Shown in pieces: positions 21,900 through 33,069 of a stretch of DNA of 64,000 bases. This DNA comes from Oopsacas minuta. Its lineage: Eukaryota > Animalia > Porifera. Under the pieces are notes generated by a model. The model was not told where the DNA came from. It saw only the letters and a program-made list of their open reading frames with translations, and did not search any database. The position numbers were made by a program, and so were the translations under genes. The stretch's first letter is position 1. Each line of letters starts with the position of its first letter. The stretch spans positions 1 through 64,000 of the forward strand of contig JAKMXF010000361.1 in assembly GCA_024704765.1 (NCBI GenBank), read 5' to 3'.

Positions 21900-24800
21900 A
21901 TGCAGTCTTCCCTTCTGACCAATGAGCTCGCATCTAACAAGATAGTATCAATGAGTTATCATCCCTTATCTAATACAGAACATAATCCCAACAACATGTC
22001 TAGACCTTTACATTATCATCAGTATACTCCACAGAATCTTAATGGATATCCTAATCTACATAACTTCTCACAATCCTCCAGTCAATTATCCGCTCCCACC
22101 GTAGCTCCCGCTCTCCCTCCTCTAAACGATATCCAGATACATTCTCAAAACTTGACTGGGTACACGCCTCCACAAAAAATGTATAAATTATCAAATTCTT
22201 CTCCTCCGAACCTCTGTGTGGAAGCGTGTCAAACTGCACTGAGTACACAGCGAGCCTATGTCATTAAAGAACATATTACTCTGTTTTTAGAACGTACAAG
22301 CAGTAGACTAAATCTCATGCCGGGTACCTCTCAGAAAATAAGGTAATTTACTAATTTTATAAATTATGAATTTCCTTTAGGTAGAAACCACACGAACCTA
22401 ATATCAGAAACTATAAATATTGCTTCACCAAATACTGATAATATTCGATTTCAACCTTGAATGCATTCCTAACTTATTGTTAGTACTTTGTAGTGAATTT
22501 CAAGACTCAGTACTAGATGAGAACCTCGTATTCATAACAGTTTCTACTCCTGAGGAAGTACCTTCTTACGTCACCAAGAGTTCTGTCCCATGTATGAATC
22601 AGGACCGTATGCCACCTTCTATACACATATACCAGCTGTATGAGGGAGGACCTACCTATGAGGATATTGATGAGGATGAAGTGGGAGTTAACCGCCAGGT
22701 AGCTTCTCATTGGATGTTACCATCCTCTCAGTTTGAAGAGTTATGGGAATCATTAGTATTCCAAACTGGGCTAAAAGCTACCCTCATTAACTACGCTAAA
22801 ACTCTGCTACTCTTCTCAACCAGAGGAGTAAACTCCTCTCTCATAGCTTGTAACAGGATTATTCTGCTGTATGGTCCTCCAGGAACAGGTAGGAGCTACC
22901 ATCTCTATTCTTATATAGATTTACAGCTGATTTAATAGTTTACTGTATTGTAGGCAAGACAAGTCTATGTCGTGGTTTGGCTCAGAAACTGAGTATTCAA
23001 TTGAATGAGAGATTCACTCATTGCCAGCTTGTAGAAATTAACAGTCATTCTCTCTTCTCCAAATGGTTTTCTGAGAGCGGTAAGTTGGTACAGAAGATGT
23101 TTGATAGTGTGAGAGATCTAGCAGCTGATAGGAATGCTCTCATTTGTATTCTTATTGATGAGGTGAGTTGCCTTCATTATTGATTTAAGGAGAACGAATA
23201 AAAAAGATTAACTGTCTTTTATAGTACGATATATATTCTATTACAGTAGATGTCGGCTATAAGAACTCAGTTTTCCGAATCTTTTGTGCTCTACTCCATT
23301 GATTTTTTCCGAATACATAAAAACATTCTACTGGAAACCGTTCTCTTATATTCATGTAGAATTTATCCAGGTGTCAGAGGTAATCCTGTTCCCCTCTAGG
23401 AAATATTGTTTCCCTACCAAATTCAGGTACTTTCACGCAATCTATATGGTATCATTCGTTGTACCCATCACACGCAATCATCCGCCCTTCCAGGTGTGTT
23501 CGGCATTTGCAGACTAGTTTTATTTGTCCTCTTCTATTATTATGTTGTTTTCTGTTTTCGGATGGGAATGGATTCATATCCTCTTCATCTAGACATCTAG
23601 GATGAAGCCTCATCCTAGATTGTTCGAACTGTAATACACTCCCTGACCAAAAATATTGGAACACTCAGCCACAATTGACACTTGGCACAAATATGCATTT
23701 TACTCTGGTTGTATAGGCTGAAGATAGTTTCAAACATTTATGAACTTAATTCTATCATTAATTTTATCATTACAATCGCCTTTACTGATATATCCACAGA
23801 ATATTCAATACATATATTCTCGCAAAGTTCCATGTACTACATGTGTCATTAGTGTTATGGTGTTCTAATACTTTTGGACAGGGAGCGTATTTGTGGATCT
23901 TCTCCTACACACATCGCTGTCACGAATACCGGAGCAAAAAGTCGACAATCATAAACTTTTGTTTGTTTGTGTAGATCGACAAATGTTTTGGTATTGTGTT
24001 TTGCCTTGCATCATATCTCCCGCTGGCAAATATCACACGATTTCATCTATTAATAAAGAAATTGTATCAAAAAATCGATATAAATTATACTAACAAGTCT
24101 TGATATGCAAGAAGTTTTCTATATTTCTGGAATTGCTAAAGTTAATTCCCTCTGCTCAATTAATTTCTAATAGAAATTCGAACCTGAGACAAAACTTATT
24201 TCAACTAAGAATAATTATCTACAAGTATAAATTATAAATGCTCAAAGAAACCAATGTAAGTGCTCTAGTTATATTCGATAACACTTGCCACATGACCTCA
24301 ATAGATAATACTAATTAAAATTATAACACTTACATATAGAAAACACAAGTCTGGGGATAAATGCAAGTAGGATAATTGACAAGTGACAACCAATATTTAT
24401 CTCGGCAATGAACAAATCAGAGTGGGTAAAACTCACCCTAAAAATATCATGGTGGGTCAAAACCCACCACCATACCCGCCCTGCTTCTGTGTCCTCTCGA
24501 AAGATAAAAGCGAATATTTTCGAATTTTCCATTAATCCAAAATGTACGCGGAGAAATTCCAACCTTGTTATTGTCGCAAATGTTTTAACAAATGGGTTGC
24601 TAATAAGAGGCTATGTTTGAGGGAACATAATACCCAAGGGAAGTGTTCGGGGGAACAGGGTTCCTATGTTTTGCTACTCTCAAGTGTGTTAACTGTTAAG
24701 CGATATCCATTGCATTATTGCTACATGCCGGGTATAAGAACATTATATGCAATTCCCGAAGATAATCTTATAGCCTGCACCTGCTGTATTATGATACGAG

Positions 24801-25573
24801 AATTTATTTGATTGTACAGTGGAAACCGCCTATTAGCAACTATTTTCACTGTCATAGAGTGCAGTTTTGTATAGTAATTATGTGCATAATAGCGAAATTC
24901 ACGTATTAACAAGGAAAATTAATGCAAAATACGATTCGCTATTAGGAGGTTTCCACTGTATGTCTATTAGGTTGAGAGTCTAGCAGCAGCTAGATCTGCA
25001 TTCGTGTCCGGAAGCGAACCCTCAGACGCCCTACGAGTAGTTAACGCTATGCTAACACAAATAGACTCTCTACGTACTCTCCCTAATGTCATGATATTCT
25101 GTACCTCTAACATCACTGGTGCTATAGACCTAGCATTCATAGACAGAGCAGACATTAAGCAGTACATTGGTAATCCCTCTAAGGACGCTATCTACCGGAT
25201 ACTACAGTCATGTCTGCAAGAGATGATGAGGGCCGGTCTGGTATCTCCCCCTCAACCTCTGCTAGATGAAAGAGCTCTGCATTTGACAGAATTTGTAGAG
25301 AATGAAGCTACCCTTCTGAGTCTATCCCTCTACCGACTTGCTCAGGCCTGTGAGGGGATATCTGGACGTTGTCTCAGGAAGCTCCCTCTCTTGGCTTTCT
25401 CCTCTCTCCTGGATACAGGACATACCGGTACTGAACAACTCTCTGTAGGAGCTTCTGACTTTATTCAGGGTCTGGAGCAGATAGCACATCAGCAGTTCAA
25501 AGAAAGAGAAGAGTTACTGATGAATAATTATAAGAGTGATTCTTTTAAGTTCAGAGGAAAGATACAGGATTAA
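21900..25573 (+). CDS. TRIP13: TRIP13/Pch2 AAA+ ATPase (about 549 aa, 4 exons)
   Basis: Phase-consistent exons 21900-22342, 22494-22888, 22954-23162, 24971-25573. Motifs ASHWMLPSSQFEELWESL, Walker A GPPGTG|KT, EINSHSLFSKWFSESGKLV, Walker B LIDE|VESL, EPSDALRVVNAMLTQID. Confidence 0.95.
23367..23520 (-). pseudogene. Degenerate PHD-finger coding fragment in TRIP13 intron 3
   Basis: The minus strand reads KLVCKCRTHLEGRMIACDGYNE*YHIDCVKVP..DYL, i.e. C-x-C..MIACD.(C>Y)..(W>stop)YH..CV. Confidence 0.55.
23637..23887. mobile_element. Tc1-type MITE in TRIP13 intron 3
   Basis: 28-bp TIRs CACTCCCTGACCAAAAATATTGGAACAC / CGCTCCCTGTCCAAAAGTATTAGAACAC (4 mismatches), TA flanks. Confidence 0.8.
24817..24958. 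mobile_element. MITE family A (opposite orientation to 3165)
   Basis: TA-CAGTGGAAACCGCCTATTAGC...GCTATTAGGAGGTTTCCACTG-TA, 142 bp. Confidence 0.75.
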
Positions 25574-26811
25574 TTAATCCTCTCAGACTCCTCCTGACAG
25601 TCTCTGCAGCATACCCGATCACTTGCTTATGTGTATACGAGTATTATACTGTATTATAGGATATGCTGAGTTGTGTATATTCTAATTGATAGTAATACAG
25701 TAAACTTCGGATTTAACGACACTCATTTGGGCAAGCAAAATAGCTCGTTATATAGGATGTGTCGCTAAATCCGAAGCTACTCCGAATGTATTGTATATAG
25801 TATATACCTTGATGGACTCCAAATACATTCATTTTAATATGTTGCAACGCTCATGCGAAAACCAAACTATACATATGACGAACAAGTTTGGTGATATTAG
25901 TATAATGAGTAATATATAGTTGCATAAAGGCTGTATGTACATGTAAGTATAATATAGATTACTCAATACTTGTCGCTTCCGTTAGCCAACTCCGCCTGAA
26001 TCTATAAGGATGATGATATGTAGGTTTAGAAATTATTCGAAATTACATTGTACATAATGACTATATTTAAATGCGTTTTCCATTTGTTTAGACGGAAAAT
26101 GTATGATTCAAAACAAGAGAAGTTTAATGGTATATTCTGTATAGTTAGATAAATACAAACCCAATTATTTACAAATTAGACTGATTTTGCTAAGTTCCTG
26201 CATATACAGAAAGCATTTCTGCATTACACAGTATAAAATTCGCCAAAGTCGTAATTTCCGATGTAATTTAGATGCATCAGGCATGGAAAAGTGTCGATAT
26301 ATCCGAAGTGTCCTTATCTAACATGTCATTATACCTGAAGTATGGTGTGTAGAAATATTGCTGGAGATATATGGGCTAGAGTAAGTGTCGTTATAAGCGA
26401 TCTGTCGTTAAGTTAGGTATATGGAAATTTAAAGGCCACAAATATGATAGCTCTTTGTTTTAATTATGTTCGGGAAATGACTTAGGTTAACACTACACAA
26501 TAGAGTGTCTAAAATAGACCGTCTTCAAATAATAGAGCTCTTAAAATAATCATACCAAGAGTGTGTCCATGGTCCAGTAATACATTTGAGCTAACATCAT
26601 ACAACAGGACTCTATGCACCTGACAACATGTTAAAACCTTTGTGCATACCCATGGCCATGGTACACCTTATCTAATTATTACTTTACTAAAATATATAAG
26701 TTAGCTTCTTAATTATTTCGCCCATAAATTATGAGATTCCTCCCCAAGGGGAAATCCACCTGCTTACCTTAAATATTGTAAATACTACTTTCTAGCTTAT
26801 TAGGAAGAAGA

Positions 26812-29800
26812 ATGAACACGCGTAATTTGAGATCTGAGGCTAAGTCAGCCCGCTACATCAGAGATGAAGTACGTAGGATGAAGCACAATATTGCTCAGAT
26901 CCGGAAATGGTGGGTATCAGTAATATAATTTAATATCTTAGGTACGTAGGTTTCAGTCCCGATAAACCAATATAAATTTATACTCCTGATAAGGGCTTCC
27001 ACTATAACATAATTAGACTACCCAATAGCTTATGACGTAATTAATAGATATATTACCATTACTTACTTACCAAATACAGATTGATTTTTTGTACAACTGT
27101 AATAGTACTGCTAGGTTATCTAATGTCTACCTTTGAGGACGGTACTTACACTAAGATAGAAAACATAGAGGTTACTCTCCCTGTCTCTGAGCAACAAATA
27201 GAACCTAACCACACAGCAGATGATGAGAGTAACTCTACTTCTAGAAGAGAGAACCATCTACCTGAATACTCAGAAAAACCTTCTACACAGAGGATGGAGA
27301 GAGACCTGCTGGATTTCTATCCGGGCTATAACGGGAAGTTTCCTTACATGCCACAACCCAAGGCGTACCAATCTCCTATTAAAACAGTGTTTGTAATTAT
27401 ACTTGTAATCTGCACTTCTCTCACGATGGTGACTATAATAGGACCGTTTAGCATATTCTATATGTACTGCTGTCCACACCCCGTGTTCCGTATGATGAAG
27501 GGATTCTGTCACTATTGGCTGTTATTCTTCGTATCTATCTTGGTGTATGGATTAAGATTTAAACTGATTCTTACAGGCCATAAGGGCAGATTCAAGCCCC
27601 GCTCTCTCATCATTATGAACCATCTCAGTCACTTTGACTGGGTTTGGTTTATTGCCTATGTAGTGAGGGCTGGTAGGATTATCGATCTAGCTGTTGTATT
27701 GAAGCATGAGATTAAGTTTGTACCTATACTGGGATGGGCAGCACAAGCTATGGGGTTCATATTTATACGACGGAATTGGGAAAATGACCAGGATTACATG
27801 CGTAGATATATTTCTATCTACAATGAGTATGATGACAACTTCTATCTGCTCATATTCCCAGAAGGGTCAGATTATAATCCTGAACATCTCACGAAGTGTA
27901 TTCAATACGCGGATAAGAAAAATATGACTCAATTGTATTACACACTTCAACCACGACTAAAGGGATTCAAACTTGTGGTAGAGATGATGCGTAAGAGAGG
28001 GATAAATGCTCTTTATGATATCACCATGGGTTACCCCAAGGATATCTCCAAAACTGAATTGGATTTCGTTAAAGGTCACACACCCCAAGAAGTACATTGT
28101 CATATTCAGTGCTTCGATGGAGATGAGATACCAGCTGGCGAGGAAGAACTTGGGATGTGGTGTCAGGAGCTATGGAGGATGAAGGATAAGAGGATGGAAA
28201 ATTTTGTTAAGGAGGGACATTTCCACGAGAACCCTACTGATCCTCACGAGCAATTAAATGGTGCAATCCCTATCAGGAATAATAGCCAGACCAATGCAGA
28301 GTATCTTAAGGGTTTTATTTTTAGCTTTATACTAACATCTATCAGTTTATTCTTATACATCTACTGCAATACCATGTGGCATTCTGTGTTCTGGTGTGTA
28401 TTTTTTACTTCTTTCAATTATCTCCCTACCAATGGACTGGATGGATATTTTCACTGGTGCCATAAGAAAATAATAAAGAATTCTAAATACAAATGAATAA
28501 TTATTTCTTTTCTAACTCTATTTTATATTTACTGAATAGATATTCTACCTTTTAATTTGCACACTATTCTATTATTTATTGTTATTCTTGGTTTATATTA
28601 TACAAGCCACTTCGCTTGCTTGCGTTGTGAAGCTTGGGCGAACGCGAATTGTTCGTAGTAGTCGCCCTTCGGGCGGCTCTAAAATATGTACTTGCTATAT
28701 ATCCTGGTAAAATGGTAACTATATAATGATAAATTAGTTAACAGATCGGAATTCGTGCTGGGCTATGTATTATTATCTAATCCAATCAATTTACAGTCTC
28801 AGATAAGAATTACAAATAATTACAACTTTTATACAATCAATTAAACTGATACACCTGATTGTCCGCTTAGTAATAATACCATTAAAACGACTCAATATAT
28901 TACAGAGGCTACTTACTGCTTAAAAATTAATTCACAACATAGTTACATGTTTATTCAATTGGAATTTTAAGAATTTTGCGAAATTGGAACTATAAAATAC
29001 TATTTTGCATTCAAATTAACATGTATTAGAGCCTAACATCTGTTAGGGCAGATTTTCTTAATTGGTAAACCCTCAAATCTGATAGGCCAATACATTTGAC
29101 ACCTATCCAGAGAGTTTATGTGATATCGCTTAGATATTAGAGTATGTTCCTAGATTTATCAAATTCCATATATCTGCCAAATTTCACGTTTGTAGCTCTT
29201 ATCAATTCCTCAACCTAGAGTCACTACTTCCCAATACATTTAGTATGAGATATAACATTTTGTCACCTTTTCTTAGAGATAAAAGAAGATTTAGCTTAGA
29301 AATTTAAATAATGTCCAGTCGACAAACTAGCAGTACAGTTTGGGGTTCTTCACCTTTTGTCGAAAAGAAATTACCTTGATTAGCCGGAAAAACGAGATCT
29401 CTTGCATAAATTTTGAATTGAAGGCCAAAAGGTGTGAAAATATTATGAATCATATCTTAAATGTGCAGATAGAGATTTAAAGATATCAAATATGATTCTA
29501 ATTAGTACACTACTAGCGCGCTTCGCTTGCTCGGTCGCTGCGCGGCAGCTTAGTGCCTCAAATTAACTTAAGTATTAAATAGCTAAATTTTTTGATGGTT
29601 TGGGCGCTACGCGAACGGGTATTATACTCAGCACTACCTGCCTGGAAGATAAATTTTGCGGAAACTTTTACTTTTTATTATCCATGGTCCATCCAAATTC
29701 CATTTAATGGCCTTCTATGGTAATACTCAGGGTGACCAGATGTCTTCGTTATAAAAAAAGGACACTTTTCTATGATATACAATGTATACGTAAATCACTG

Positions 29801-31762
29801 AACATTGAACAATGACAATATATGCTAATTTATGAAAAGTGATATTACATCAATAAAGTAAGGAAATACAACAGAATTAGTAATATTGTTATCCAATATG
29901 TAATAAAAGTAGGTAAGAATAATGAACCCGACTTATGAATTATAGATTCTGAAGAGAGAATCAATAAGGGTATACGATAAGTTACAATCCACTCTATGTA
30001 TTTCCGTGTAAATTAAAGAATCATTAGAATCTAGAGTAAAAAAGGCAAAAAAAGACAAAAAGGACAAAAAAGGACAGATTGAAATAAAAGGACACGTTGT
30101 CTAAAAAGAGGATTGTCCTTTGCAAAAAGGACGTCTGGTCACCCTGGTAATACTGGAGCTGCCACGTGGCTTTTGGTTAGTAACCTGGGCCTTTAACCCT
30201 CAGGTATTTTGAAATTCTGTTCAATTCTGATGAGCATATCCTATTACCTTTATTCCCGCCCCAGTTATGAATCAGAAAGAGGAAGGTGGAGCATGCTCCA
30301 TTTTAGGACGAGTGTGCTCTTATCATGACTCTACTTTCATGTTTACAAATATTATATGTTTGATTAATTGTCCATCATTTCAGGGATAAACAATGGGTGA
30401 CTGTCTGCCCTTCAACCTCTCTTAGACTCTACAAATGGGTACCTGGTGAGTACTGAATGCTATTATTATAAATATATACTAGCGCACTTCGCTTACTCGC
30501 GCTACGCGGCTTGACGAACACTTTGTATTATTGTAGAGCTCGGCACTTTGTGCCTCGAATTATTTTTCATAGGAACAACAATAATTTACATATGACATAT
30601 TTGAAAGTGCGAAAATTCAAAATCAGCGTACATGATTACCCTATTATAACAGGTGAAACCAAGTTTATATGGGATTATTTAGAAAGTTGTTTACTTTCTT
30701 CACCTAAACATTAGCAAATATTTACAATACGTTGTTTACAATATCATATTTGGAATCAGCGTACTTGATTACCCCAATGTAATTGTTTACTTTACCAATA
30801 TCACGACAGAAGGATATGTTATTCTCTAAATTATATACATAGATTGTATTCCCTCATTACTATACAAACTGAACACACACACACAAATATTGAGTTTATT
30901 AATATAGATATATAGTTATATCGTACTAAATTGGAGATGATTCTATCACTAATTGATTTGTAGCTAAGGAACAGACAGGAGGAATAAAGCAAGTTGTAAA
31001 GGTATCAACCATCAAGTTTATTATATCTATTATTATGCCAATTGCATCAAACTAAATCCGTACTTGTTTCCCATTACTGTGGAATTCAAAGATATATTGG
31101 CGGCTGTTCATTTTGGTGCAGCTCCTATTGGAGATGCCATATTTGCATGGACGATGTGCGACCTCCGTACGTCTGTCAGTCCTACCCCGCGGCCGTGCTA
31201 AATAATGCAGTAGGATAATTGAAACAAAATATTTATTTGTGTTGCTAAACGTCCCACTTTATTGTTATCTTTTGTTAAATTCGTACATTTGAAAAGCATC
31301 TTTTCGTAATTGAAGAGGAATTCTGATGTTAGATATTTTAGCAAAATATTACTACACATTTTACATATATCCAACTATATGGTATTATTATTATGTTTAT
31401 ATATTAAAATAGTATTGATAGTGAACATATCACGCAAAATGCTCCAAATACCGCGAAATGTGAAGTTATGCAAATTGTCCTGGTTATGTTATGTGTAGGT
31501 GCAAGAAGATCCATCTCAAGAGTTACATGATTCCCCCATTGAGCAACCAAGTGAGTTTAGTTAGTAAATGGTTGATTATTGGAATAAGTATTAATTTGCA
31601 CTTCTTTTTGTTCTATATTATTTAGCTAATAAAGTTGAATCGGAAAGCGTAGAGGCAGAAGAAATGTTTGTAGAACATAAACAGGATACTCCAAGTCCGA
31701 TCTCATCTCAAGGCGAGTTGAGAGAAGAACAAACTCCTCCGATGGATTCTGCTGAAAATTGA
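26812..31762 (+). CDS. BCL7: BCL7 family BAF (SWI/SNF) subunit (128 aa, 5 exons), not in ORF track
   Basis: Phase-consistent exons 26812-26909, 30384-30445, 30964-31001, 31499-31550, 31626-31762 (387 nt). MNTRNLRSEAKSARYIRDEVRRMKHNIAQIRKW|DKQWVTVCPSTSLRLYKWVP aligns to the BCL7 N-domain RAETRSRAKDDIKRVM..VRKWEKKWVTV..SLRIYKWVP, followed by an acidic tail. Confidence 0.85.
27123..28496 (+). CDS. LCLAT1: Lysocardiolipin/lysophospholipid acyltransferase (LCLAT1-like), intronless, inside BCL7 intron 1 on the same strand
   Basis: IIMNHLSHFDW (NHx4D), VPILGWA.Q..GFIFIRRNW, LLIFPEGSD, LQPR.KGF, A(L)YDITMGYP, C-terminal dilysine-like KNSKYK. First ATG is at 27123 (ORF open from 27081). Confidence 0.88.
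   Translation: MSTFEDGTYTKIENIEVTLPVSEQQIEPNHTADDESNSTSRRENHLPEYSEKPSTQRMERDLLDFYPGYNGKFPYMPQPKAYQSPIKTVFVIILVICTSLTMVTIIGPFSIFYMYCCPHPVFRMMKGFCHYWLLFFVSILVYGLRFKLILTGHKGRFKPRSLIIMNHLSHFDWVWFIAYVVRAGRIIDLAVVLKHEIKFVPILGWAAQAMGFIFIRRNWENDQDYMRRYISIYNEYDDNFYLLIFPEGSDYNPEHLTKCIQYADKKNMTQLYYTLQPRLKGFKLVVEMMRKRGINALYDITMGYPKDISKTELDFVKGHTPQEVHCHIQCFDGDEIPAGEEELGMWCQELWRMKDKRMENFVKEGHFHENPTDPHEQLNGAIPIRNNSQTNAEYLKGFIFSFILTSISLFLYIYCNTMWHSVFWCVFFTSFNYLPTNGLDGYFHWCHKKIIKNSKYK
28603..29308 (-). mobile_element. Helitron-like dispersed repeat family D, copy 2
   Basis: 28900-29308 matches 18285-18693 with only two substitutions seen by eye. Terminus GCGAAGTGGCTTG|T with a GCCCGAAGGGC hairpin. Confidence 0.6.
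29513..30192 (-). mobile_element. Helitron-like family C copy interrupted by a hAT insertion
   Basis: Minus-strand terminus GCGAAGCGCGCTAG|T. Both flanks of the hAT insertion align to the reverse complement of 17290-17527. Confidence 0.45.
29728..30146. mobile_element. Non-autonomous hAT element (Blackjack-like TIR)
   Basis: TIRs CAGGGTGACCAGATGTC / CAGGGTGACCAGACGTC. Perfect 8-bp TSD GTAATACT (29720-29727 and 30147-30154). Internal AAAAGGACA repeats. Confidence 0.88.
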
Positions 31763-32004
31763 ATTATTTCAAGTATTATTGATAAGATGGCTGCCTTGCT
31801 AACTTATTTTTATTCAAATACATTTGAATAGAACTGGATTTAATGCTACAATATATGAACAAATAAATATCTCAAATTTCGACCTCAGTACACAAGGTAC
31901 TTAGTACTTACTTTATAATAGGAAATTAACGAGAATTACTCCAATTCACGTTAATTTTAATTTCCGGCACAGTCATTTCACAAAACATGGCCTACTCTAA
32001 TAAG

Positions 32005-32618
32005 GCTATACATACTGCCGAATCATAGTAAAAATAAGAAAAATCCAAGGAATCAACTTAGACTACTTAATAAGTTCGAACGGCCATCCTTCATTTAGTT
32101 TAGGCTCAATTCAAATCATGACATCATAATTTAAAAATTCAAAAAATTTTTGTAACTTTCGTTTTCCCTTAGAAAATGTATTCTATTCATCCATACTGCA
32201 TAAATATTCACCACAAAATCCATTTCTTAACCCATTTCATATTTTTCGAATAATTCATAAATATATTTTTCATGTCCAAGGTATAAATTGTGTAATCTAT
32301 CTTCCAATAAGCTATCGTCGAACTTGGATTTATCTTAATTGTAAAGTAAATGAGCAAATTCAAACATCCTAGCATCAATTAGGACAGAATGTGTCTTTTT
32401 TCTACAAAAAATGTTGAGAAAATACTCGAATTGTATAAAGGCTAACGTCATCACAAAATCGCGCATAAACTAGATGAAGGTTGACCGTCTGAATTGATTC
32501 CATGGATTTTTATACCTTAAAAGGTACAATTCGCAAACCTTGGAGTATTAAATTTTATTTTATGAATTTATAAAACTGGACTCCTATTTTTTTACTATGA
32601 TTCGGCAGCATGTATAGC
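32005..32618. mobile_element. Inverted-repeat non-autonomous DNA element
   Basis: GCTATACATACTGCCGAATCATAGTAAAAA is mirrored at 32589-32618, with further inverted subterminal blocks (AAATCCAAGGAATCAA, CCTTCATTTAGTTT). No TSD confirmed. Confidence 0.55.
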
Positions 32619-33069
32619 TGCCCTCTCTGATACATTACCCTATTACTTATACGCTGTTATCCTGAATATTATGCAATCTTTATGGATGCTTGCTGGCTCC
32701 ATTAAAACTTCATTGTTTGTTACTTATGAAGATACATCTGACAGGTTATACTAATTATTTTCTGGCTTCATAGCGTAAATTCACTTTAATAGATTCATAA
32801 CTAACCTGAAGTTGTGTTGTGATTAGGAAGCCGATATACTTCTGTTATTGACTCAATATCACACAACAACAATAACATTACGAATGATTAATCTTTAATA
32901 TTTTAATCGTTAAGCAACTCGTACACAATCACTGAGCTCAGTGTACCTTACACATTACATGAATTGTCTGTGTTCTGTTAGGATACTGACTTGCTTTGAC
33001 TTGGAGTATGCATGCTTCAGGGGGATGAGTTCCTACTAAACGGGTCTTATAACTTAGCTAATACTTGTT

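Noticed and set aside
26812-28496. BCL7-LCLAT1 fusion protein
   Set aside because: All three candidate acceptors give a stop (TG|A) or an out-of-frame product.
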